Below are positions 1 to 9,753 of a DNA stretch of 64,000 nt, in pieces. Both the position numbers and the translations under genes were made by a program. The notes under the pieces were generated by a model. That model did not search any database and was not told the DNA's origin. It saw only the letters and a list, made by a program, of their open reading frames with translations. The number at the start of each line of letters is the position of its first letter. The first letter of the stretch is position 1. Source of the DNA: Fonticula alba ATCC 38817 (lineage: Eukaryota; Protista; Nucleariida); assembly GCA_000388065.2 (NCBI GenBank), contig KB932208.1, one strand, 5' to 3'.

Positions 1-918
1 AACGAACGGGCCCATGCCCGCGCGGGCTCCGCGGGCGATCGGGCAGATTGGGACAGCCAGGAGGGTGCGTGGCCAAGACCGGCCAATGGCGGAGGAGAGC
101 ACACATGCGACCGGCGTCGAGCCAAGGGCGGGGGGGGGGGGCCCTGCCCGGGCGCGGGGGCAGGAGGGCGCGCGCGGCGGGCACCGGCCAGGGGCGCCCT
201 TCTGGAGGATTTGTGTTGTTCTGGTATTCCAGCCCTCGGGCACATGATCCCGGGAGTTTAGGATCTAGAGGCGTGCCGCCAGTGTCCCCGGTGGCCCGCG
301 CTTGGGTGGTCGAGTTCATGAGGGCCTAGCGCCTGGGGGGGCGGCGGGCGCGGCGCCCAGGCCGGAGCGGCGTAGGCATGGGCCCTGTCCGGTGCGGTAA
401 TGTGGAGGATCCACACACTTGCGCAACTGCTAGATGCCCGGAGCCTATTTCACATTGCTCGAGGCCCCCCGCCCGTTGTGGGGACCCGGCGCCCGGGGAC
501 TCTCGGGGCCGGGGGGAGCCCCCGGGAGGGGGGGGTGGGTGGAGCAGCGAGGGATATAACCCGGGCCGGTTGTGGCGGCCCTCTGCGCCACACTTGAGTC
601 TCCCTCGGCGCCGGGAGCGCGGTTTGCATGCCCAACCGGCGGAGGAAACGCGCGCAGGCGCGCTTTTCATGTGCTTGGCCAGAACCCCTCGGCCCCAGGG
701 TGCGGGCACTGCGGGGGGGGGGGGGGGGAGGGCGGATTAACACGCGTAGCGTGGGCGAAGTGGCCGAGGGCCGGGGGGGCGGGGCCCGGGCGCGGCAGGG
801 CATGTGGGCGCCCCATGGTGCGCGGGTCTCGCGGGGCCCGGGCGCGGCAGCGCGGGCCGTGTGCGTCTGTCGGGAGGGGGCGGAGGATGCCGGCGCATGC
901 ATGCCGGGCGACCTCAAT

Positions 919-1118
919 CTGGCCCACAGGCGCGCCAGTGGGCGAGGCGCCGCGGGCCGGACCCCGGGGAAAGGCCGTCCCGGGCTGTTGCGCCCCCCGC
1001 CCCCCTCCGGGCGNNNNNNNNNNCTGGCCCACAGGCGCGCCAGTGGGCGAGGCGCCGCGGGCCGGACCCCGGGGAAAGGCCGTCCCGGGCTGTTGCGCCC
1101 CCCGCCCCCCTCCGGGCG
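919..1118. repeat. 95-bp exact direct duplication flanking a 10-N gap (919-1013 and 1024-1118), probably an unmerged contig overlap
   Basis: Identical ctggcccacagg...ctccgggcg on both sides of the Ns. Confidence 0.85.
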
Positions 1119-1500
1119 CTATCCTCTCGGGGAGGGGGACGGCAAGGGGGGGTCCACCTTTTCGGGATCTGGCCTCACGGCCGGGCCTGAGGGGCCCCAC
1201 CCCTCCCCTCCTTCCCCCTCCCCCTCCCCTTCTTTCCAGAAACTGGCACCACTTGCCTGCGTATGTGGCGCTATTTCACCCGCTCTCTCTCTCTCTCTCT
1301 CTCTCTTCCGCCTCCCGAACCGTCCCCGCCTGCCTTTCTCGTTCTCTCCCTTTCTGTCCTCTCATCCCCGCGCGACACATCCTCCCCCTGCTCGGGCGCA
1401 CGCGCGACCAATTCCACCCCTCACGCCCCGGCTAACTTCCTGCCCCTCGCCCGCTCCTCGATGACACTGCTCCATCTCCACCAGACGGGGAAACGCAACC

Positions 1501-1807
1501 ATGTCCGCTGAAGTCGTCCCCGTACGCGCTCTGACATCGCCCTTCCCCCCTCCATTGTCTTTGCGCTCGAGCCCCTCCAAACCCGCCTTGCCCCCCCCCC
1601 CCCCCCCCCCCGGGGGGGGGGGGGGGGGCGGTTTCCCGCCGGGGCCCGCCTCCCCCCCGGGGGGCAACCCCGCGGCGGGGCGCGGCCCTCTTTTCGGCGC
1701 CCCGGGCCCCCCCCCCCCCCCCCCCTCCCCCCCCCCCGCCCGGCCCGACCCGCCCCCCCCGGGCGGGCCACGGGGCGCGGGGGTGGTTTTTTCTCCCTTC
1801 GTCTGCG

Positions 1808-1840
<33 letters not shown>

Positions 1841-4800
1841 CAGCCGTGTGCTCTGGGGGGGGGCCGAGATGTGCCAGAGTTAGTGCCGTGGATCCCTTCA
1901 CTCGCGGCAGGACCCAGCCAGCGCCAGGGGGCATCTCCCACGCCCATGCGCCCCGGTTCGCGCACAGACACACACACACATGCACCGGCACTTGTGTGCG
2001 CGGCTCGGCCAGTCTCCGGCTGGCGCTCTGATTAATCAGAGGCACGCCCGGGTTGCCCGGACGGATTTACTGGGAAGGGAACCCTAAAAATTTGGCGCAC
2101 CCGTCCCCCCCCCCCCCCCCCCCCCGCGCCTGGACTCTGGCCGGGATGCATCCGGGAGGCCGCTGGCGAATATGGTCAGGCCATACGGAGTTCCCGACCG
2201 GGCAAACACTTTGGTGGATCGGGGGGAAAAAGGCACGGGACGGGGGAGGGGGCGGGCCCCGGGCGGGGGGGGGGGGGGGGCCTTTTGCGTGAAAGAAAGG
2301 GAGTGTTCCAAATTCGACGAACCCTCTCTCCGCTCGCTGGGCGGGCAGCGTGACCCCCCTCGTGCAAAAGGAGTTGCCGGGGCGCGGACCGCGCTGGCTG
2401 TTCTCCGGGACTGGGCGGCGGATGCCAGCCACTCAGCCGAGGCGGCCTCCCTTGTGAATGGACAAAAGGCGCTCAGACCGCGCCGGANNNNNNNNNNCCC
2501 CCCCCACTCCCCCTCCGCCTTGCTGGCACGCCACGCGCAGGACTTCATCTCTCGCCGCGTCGAGCTCTTCGACAAGTTCAAGGCCGCCCTGGACGCGGCG
2601 CCCGCCCGGGCCGAGAAGCCCATCACCGTCAAGGCCAACGTCAAGGGCACCCTGTCCGAGCACGAGGCCACCGCCTTCAAGACCACCGCCTTCGACATTG
2701 CCAAGCTGGTGCTCGGCTCGTCGGACCTGAAGAAGATCCTGGTGGCCAAGGTGAATGGCGAGCTGTGGGACCTCTCGCGCCCGCTGGAGGCCGACACCAC
2801 CATCCAGTTCTACGACTTCGACAGCGACGAGGGCAAGGAGGTCTTCTGGCACTCGTCGGCCCACGTCCTGGGGCAGGCTTGCGAGTTCCACTACTGCTGC
2901 AAGCTGTCGCACGGCCCGCCCACCGACGACGGGTTCTTCTACGACATGCGCATCCCGGAGTCGCGTGTGGTCACGGCCGAGGACTACCCCGGGCTGACGG
3001 CGCGCGCCACCAAGATCAACAAGGAGGACCAGCGCTTCACCCGCCTAGAGCTCACCAAGGCCCAGCTGCTCGAGATGTTCGCCGACAATGACATGAAGCT
3101 GCACTTCATCAAGGAGAAGGTCCAGGACGATGAGACGTCCACGGTCTATCGCAATGGGGACTTCATCGACCTGTGCACCGGGCCGCACATTCCCAAGACC
3201 TCGCTCATCAAGGCCTTCGCCCTGGTGAAGCACTCGTCGGCCTACTGGCTGGGCAATGCCGCCAATGAGGCCCTCCAGCGCATCTACGGTGTGTCCTTCC
3301 CCTCGGCCAAGGAGATGACCGAGTGGAACAAGATGCGCGAGGAGATGGCCAAGCGCGATCACCGCCTGCTCGGCAAGCAGCACCGGCTGTTCATGTTCAA
3401 CGACCTGTCCCCGGGCAGCTGCTTCTTCCTGCCCCATGGCACCCGGATCTACAATCGCCTGGTGGAGTTCATCCGCGAGAAGTACTGGGAGAATGGCTTC
3501 GATGAGGTGGTCACCCCGAACATGTACAGCACCAAGCTTTGGGAGATTTCCGGGCATCTGGCCAACTACCGGGAGAACATGTTCCTTTTCGACATCGAGG
3601 AGCAGGAGTTCGCCATGAAGCCCATGAACTGCCCCGGGCATTGCATGGTCTTCGACATGTTCCCGCGCACCCACCGCGAGCTGCCCATTCGCATGGCGGA
3701 CTTCGGTGTCCTTCACCGGAATGAGTTTTCCGGTGCCCTGTCCGGGCTGACTCGCGTGCGTCGCTTCCAGCAGGATGACGCCCACATCTTCGCCGCCCCG
3801 GATCAGGTGGCCTCCGAGATCAGCAAGGCCCTCGGGTTCCTGCACGATGTGTACAGCAAGCTCGGCCTCGAGCCCAGCCTGGTGCTGTCCACCCGGCCGG
3901 ACAACTTCATCGGCGACGAGAAGGTGTGGGATGCGGCCGAGGCCCAGCTGACCGAGTCCCTGAACTCCAGCAAGTTCAACTGGGAGCTGAACCCCGGCGA
4001 TGGCGCGTTCTATGGCCCGAAGGTGCGTCCTTGCGCGGGTCTCTTCCCTTGCCCTTCCTCTTGGCTGGGATTCGCCACCGCCAATTGCCATGCCATGGGT
4101 GGGGGGGGGGGGCGCACCGCCCCGATGCTGGCCATTGTGATTGACCTCCTTTTCCCCTCCCCCTGGCATATGCTGTGCGGACGCGCCTCTCTGCACCTGG
4201 GCAATTTTAATTACGAAAAAAAAAACACCGGCCCTTGTGCAGATCGATATCCGCGTGCGCGACTGCTGGAAGCGCTCGCACCAGTGTGCCACCATCCAGC
4301 TGGACTTCCAGCTGCCGATCCGCTTCAACCTGACCTTCCTCAAGTATGTTCCCGCTGCTCCCTCCCGCCGGTCCTTCAATGTGCATCATCCTCTCCCGCC
4401 CCGCCCCCCCCCCCCCTCCCCCATGTGGGTCCTCCCTCGATCGCCCCATCGACCTGCTAACACGCACACGCGCTCGCCACTCTTTTTGGGGCCCTGCGGG
4501 ATGGGGTGCGAAAAAAAAACCAACCAGGGAGGACGGCACCAGCGAGCGCCCGGTCATGATCCACCGCGCGGTGCTCGGCTCGGTCGAGCGCATGATTGCC
4601 ATCCTGACGGAGCACTTCGCCGCCAAGTGGCCCTTCTGGGTGTCCCCCCGGCAGATCTGCCTCATCCCCCTGACCAAGGCGCAGGATGCCGCTGTGGAGA
4701 ACCTCCGCAAGCGCCTGCACGACAACCGCTTCTTTGTCGATGTCGATGACTCCGGTGACACCCTCAACCGCAAGATCCGCATGGCCACCCTGGACCATTA

Positions 4801-5269
4801 CAACTTCACTGTCGGTGCGTGCTCCTGCTGCGGTGCTGCGCCCCGGCCTCCCGTCTGCCCTCGCGGCGGCGCGACCCTCCCCCCCCCCCCCAGGAGGGGG
4901 CGCCCCCGCCTGGCCATTTGATCGCATCGTCACTGACACAAGCACGCCCCGCTGTGTGGCCCCACGCTCGCGCGCCCACCCGCAGTCATTGGCCGTGGCG
5001 AGGTCGACCCGGAGGACAACACCCAGGTCAAGCGCGTCACCGTGCGCACTCGTGACTCCAACAACGGCCAGACCAGTGCCACCTTCGATGTGGACGATTT
5101 CATTGCCCACCTGCACACCCTGAACAAGGAGAAGCCGGTGCTCGACCACCTGAATGGTCTGGTCGAGATCAAGCAGGCCAAGCCCGCCCCGAAGGCCGCC
5201 CCCGCCGCCGCCGCCGCCCCGGCTGCTGAGGCTGAGAAGCCCGCCGTTGAGCCCTCGGTCGAGGCCTAG
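1501..5269 (+). CDS. TARS: Threonyl-tRNA synthetase (eukaryotic type), 724 aa from ATG 1501; exons 1501-1521, 2541-4022, 4243-4343, 4528-4814, 4986-5269
   Basis: Spliced frame shows the TGS/editing domain (FWHSSAHVLG, DLCTGPH), class II core (KPMNCPGH, GLTRVRRFQQDDAHIF, GDGAFYGPK|IDI, HQCATIQLDFQLP, PVMIHRAVLGSVERMIAIL) and the anticodon-binding domain. All junctions are GT-AG and the summed exon length (2175 nt) keeps frame to TAG 5267-5269. Confidence 0.97.
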
Positions 5270-5605
5270 ACGCGTATCCTCCCTTGTTGCCGCCCGGGGG
5301 GCCCCCTCCCCCCCCCTCCCCCCCTCGGCGAGGGAGCATACATGGCACGCGGGTTGGGCGCGAGGGGGGGCCGCGGATCAGGCCACCTATGCGGCCTTTT
5401 GAATGGGCTTGTCCTCTCCCTCCCCCTCTTCTGTGGCCCTCCGGTGCCGTGTCCGCCCTCTCCTTGTGTGGCCCGGCCGACCAGCAGGGGGGGCGGAGGA
5501 AGACGGTGGGGCGCGTGCCATGAGCGCACCTGCTTTGAAGACAGAAGCAAGTCCCCCGGCCCCTCCCTCCCCATGTCCATGCTGTGTTCCCGGCGCCCTC
5601 CCCCA

Positions 5606-5611
5606 AATAAA
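5606..5611 (+). terminator. Possible AATAAA polyadenylation signal for ThrRS
   Basis: AATAAA about 340 nt after the stop, in the convergent spacer. Based on the motif only. Confidence 0.3.
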
Positions 5612-5791
5612 GACGCCATCCTCCCCCCGGGAATAGAAAGACGCCGCGTTGCATGTTGGTCCCTCTTCCTTTTCGCACGTTCTCACGGGGAGAGGGTCCG
5701 AGGAGAAGGGGGAGGCCGATCTATTGGTGCCGCCTGCTTGCCCGGCGCGAGGGGAGGACAGGGCCCTGGCGAGGGCAAAAACACGGGCCGA

Positions 5792-6715
5792 CTACTTGAG
5801 ATCCCGGTCCGTCAGTGACAGGACCAGCCGGTAGGCATCACTGGTGGAGAGGTAGTAGCGCGAGAGGAATTTGGTCCGCTGGAAGCCAAGCGAGGAATAC
5901 AGTCGCAAGGCGGCCAGGTTGCTGGTCTCCGCCTCGAGGACCACTTCGTCACAGCCGCCCGGCGCAGCGCGCATGTTCTCCACCACGCGCGACACCAGCG
6001 ACCGGCCTATTCCGAGGCCACGCGCCTCCGGGTCCACCACCAACATGGCGATATACCCGCGGCGGTGCTCGAGCTGCGGGGCCACAGGGAGGGCCAGGTC
6101 GGTGGTGGCCGGGCCGAAGGCCTCCGGCCCGGCGCCGGCCTGCAGCAGATTCATCAGGCCCCCGGCGCTTTCGGCCTCGGCGGAAGGGGACAGGCCCGGG
6201 TGCTCACGGCGCAGGCGCTTGTAGGCATCGATCTCGGCCGAAGTCATGTCACTGGGAAGCTTGTCATCGATGTTGGACACGACGACGCCCAGAAGCTTGG
6301 AGGACTGCGAGTCCCGGGCCTGGGGCGCGGGAGGCAAGCGAGGGACGGGAGAAGGGGGGAGGGGGGGGGGTCAGAAAAGGCATTTGGCTGCCAAGGAGGG
6401 GGCGAAGGAGAAGGTGCGCCCCTCTGAGGGGGAGAGAGAGAGAGAGAGAGAGCAGAGCATCGGCGTGCATGCATGCGTGCATGATGATGGGGGCATGGGG
6501 GGCATGCCTGGCCGTGTGAAGCCACCAGCGGCACGCACCAGGATGGTCAGGGTCGGCCATTTGGACACAAAGTGCCGGTAAGTATACACGTGGTAGGGCT
6601 CACTCAGGAAGCGGGCAATCATGTCCGAGATCTCGGGCAGGTCCTTCTCCGTGCCATCCAGACAGGAGTAGATGATATTACTCTCCTTATAGGGAGAGGG
6701 CTCGGCGGGGGACAT
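5792..6715 (-). CDS. NAA30: N-terminal acetyltransferase C catalytic subunit Naa30/Mak3 (GNAT), 234 aa; exons 6715-6539, 6319-5792
   Basis: LSEPYHVYTYRHFVSKWP, RRGYIAMLVVDPEARGLGIG (acetyl-CoA motif), DEVVLEAETSNLAALRLYSSLGF and RYYL. GTGCGT donor and CAG acceptor keep frame. Confidence 0.93.
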
Positions 6716-7817
6716 GTTGGGGGGGAGGNNNNNNNNNNNNNNNNNNNNNNNNNNNNNNNNNNNNNNNNNNNNNNNNNNNNNNNNNNNNNNNNNNNNNNNN
6801 NNNNNNNNNNNNNNNNNNNGGAAAGGCCGTCCCGGGCTGTTGCGCCCCCCGCCGCCTGCTGCTCTCTCTTCCTGGCGGGACCAGTGGCAATAGGTGGGGC
6901 GTGCCCCCTGGAATGGCGGCCAGGCAAGCGTCCGGTGGTTCCTTTCGGGTGGGCGGCGTGTTCGTGGGCAGTTGCGCTTAGCTTGAAGAGAGCGCCGTGT
7001 ATTTCTAAAAAACAGGGGAGGGGGGTGGGAGGAAAGCGCGGATGACGATTCGTTCTCGCCTGGGGGGGAGGTGTTGCACTTTGGAGCCGGCCTGCCGTGC
7101 CAGCACAAGCATGGGCGTGCAATTGAAGGAGGGGGAAGGGATCAGGGCAGGAGGGGGGGGGGATCGCCTATCACACAGCAGGTGCAGATGCTTTCTCGGA
7201 AGAGAGTAGGGGAGAGGGAGAGAGGGGGGGAGACACAGGGACAGACAGGCGGGTGGGCCCTTGCCAGGAACAAGCGTGGAGAGGACCACATGTGGACAAG
7301 CACGGAGTGGGAAGAGGCAGAACATGCAATGCATAACAGGATACGGGGGAGCGCATGCACCGGAGGAGGGAACTGGGAGGTGCGCGCGTCCCCCTTTTGT
7401 GCTATTTTCCCTCGGAGGGAGGAGGGGAAACCGGCTGGGAGGGAGGGGGGGGGGATAGTACTGAACAGGGGGGGGGGGAATCTCAAGGGCAGCCTCCAGC
7501 GGAGAGGAAGAGGAAAGAGGAGGGAGGAGGGAGGAGGGGGGGGTAGACGCTCATGGGGGGCGGGGAGCGGGGAGAAGAGGCTGCAGCCTTCTCGAGCGGC
7601 GGAAATCTGAAGGGTATGTCGGGGAGAGGGACAGAGAGAGGGAGAGAGGGAGAGAAAGAGGGGGGGGGGATGGCAGGGTCGCAAGCCATGCGAACATGCC
7701 GGCGCGGAGACACGTCAACAACCAACACAGCGGACCGGACTGTGTGGATGTGTGCAGGGAGGGGCGCGGCGAGGCGGAGGGGCTCCATGAAATGAGCGCC
7801 CCCGCGTGTGCCCCCGC

Positions 7818-8083
7818 TCAGAGGAGCCCACACTCACGGAGATTGGCCTGAAGAATGATGTCCCCGATGGCCGCCATGACGAAGCGCATCTTGTCGGTGT
7901 CGGTGGCACACGTCAGATGGGTGTAGATCTGCTTGGTTTCGGCCGAACAATTGAGGCTGGTAAACTTCTGTATCAGGTATGTGGCAGCCTTGCGGACATC
8001 TTTGCCGCCTGCGAGCGGGAGGCGAGGAGGGAAAGGCAGGGAGGGGAGGGGGGGTGAGAAAAGCGACGACCAAAACCACGGAC

Positions 8084-8133
<50 letters not shown>

Positions 8134-9753
8134 AAGACAGGCGATGGCGGCCGGGCGGCCGGGCAGGAAACCATGTACCATCATAGTCCTCAAAGTAGTC
8201 CTTCAGTGGCCAGTGGGGGATTTTCTGGCTGAAGATGTCCATTTTGTTGAGGAAGAGGATGATCGAGGTGCGGACAAACCACTCGCTGTTGCATATCGAA
8301 CTGAAGAGGGAGAGGGCCTCCTGCATGCGATTCTGCACGTGCCAGGGGGGCGCGCACGGGCGGCGATGCCGAGGGGCGGGGGGAGGAGGAAGAAGGGGAA
8401 GGGGTCAGCATCCCACGGCCAACAGTGGAGGGAGGGAATGCATCGGCGCCGGGCGCCGGGCGCCGAGCGAGGGCAGGCCGGCAGGAGCGGACAGGCGCAG
8501 ACGGGCCGCGCGCATGTGGCAAGGCGCGCACGCACCACGGTCTCATCCTCGAGGAGGTTTTGGTTGTATGCCGAAATGGCCACAACAAAGATGATGGCGG
8601 TCACATTTTCGAAGCAGTAGATCCACTTCCGGCGCTCGGAGCGCTGGCCGCCCACATCGAACATGCGATATGTCAAGTCGCCGACCTTGAAGGCGGCCTC
8701 GGTGATGCCGGTGGTTTTGGCGCGGGTCCGGAGGACGTCCTGATCGTCAGGCAGGTAGCCGGGCATGGCGATGCGGCTGAGGCTCTCCAGGTAGTAGCTG
8801 GTCGAGTCGGCCAGGGGAAACTGGTGCGAGAGCGTGAGGCATTGCTTGATCCCGGGGTCTTGGTAGATGAGCGAGAGAGACTCATAGAGATCGGGCGGGA
8901 ATTCGGCCCGCGTCAGCTCCGGCGGGTAGTTTTGGATGAACACCTTGTGCGGCTGTGTGCGTGGACATCATATTGGGGGGGGGGGGGGGGGGGGGGGTGT
9001 GCATGTGTGGAAGACGGCGCAAAATGACCCGCCCGCACCCATGTGCGCGCACAGACGCAGGCNNNNNNNNNNNNNNNNNNNNNNNNNNNNNNNNNNNNNN
9101 NNNNNNNNNNNNNNNNNNNNNNNNNNNNNNNNNNNNNNNNNNNNNNNNNNNNNNNNNNNNNNNNNNNNNNNNNNNNNNNNNNNNNNNNNNNNNNNNNNNN
9201 NNNNNNNNNNNNNNNNNNNNNNNNNNNNNNNNNNNNNNNNNNNNNGGACGGGCAAAGGCGCGGGCCGCCATCGGAAGAGGGGGAGGGGGAAGGGCGAAAG
9301 GGGCACCGGGCGCACCTCCAGGAAGGGGTCCCCCAGGGGGATGCCCAGGAGATCGAGCGCGTCGCACAGGGCCTTGGCGCTTTGGATGATGTTGCTGAAG
9401 ACAATGCTCCGGTAGTTCTCCAGGTCTGGCCGGGAAAAGCCTTTGTCGTGAATGAGGCGCATTTGCTTGAGGATGGTGGACTTGCCGGATTCGCCGGATC
9501 CCAGAAGCAGGAGCTTGACCTCGGACCGACGGCGCTGGCGCTCGCTTGAAATGGACCGGTCGATGGCGATGCTCCGGCGGATGTGGCTCTGCTCTTCGGG
9601 CGACATGAAGCAGGACCAGGAAGACATGCACCCGGTCTGGTAGGAGAAAGAGGAGGTCGTGTCGCGCAGCTCGGAGTCCTCGGTATTTGCCGAGGAGGAG
9701 GAAGAGGAAGACGCCGGGCGCTGGCGCCGGCGCCGGCGCCACCAAGGGCTCAT
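7818..9753 (-). CDS. Heterotrimeric G-protein alpha subunit, about 396 aa; exons 9753-9316, 8943-8536, 8332-8179, 8008-7818 (true start may lie in the gap 9789-10078)
   Basis: G1 [13 protein letters not shown]2 RAKTTG, G3 [13 protein letters not shown]4 FLNKMD, G5 TCATDT and C-terminus ANLRECGLL. Splice phases are consistent. Confidence 0.96.
8086..8132. repeat. (GA)n microsatellite in G-alpha intron
   Basis: Uninterrupted GA run. Confidence 0.9.

Noticed and set aside
1461-1511. uORF MTLLHLHQTGKRNHVR overlapping the ThrRS start
   Set aside because: Its ATG lies inside the predicted intron 1261-1484, so it is absent from spliced mRNA.
2172-2540. N-terminal part of the 762-aa track ORF (MVRPYG...)
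   Set aside because: It runs through poly-G and an N-gap. Splicing MSAEVVP|DFISRR gives the family-typical N-terminus.
3045-4379. 444-aa antisense ORF opposite ThrRS
   Set aside because: Shadow ORF produced by strong C/G third-position codon bias; no domain recognisable.
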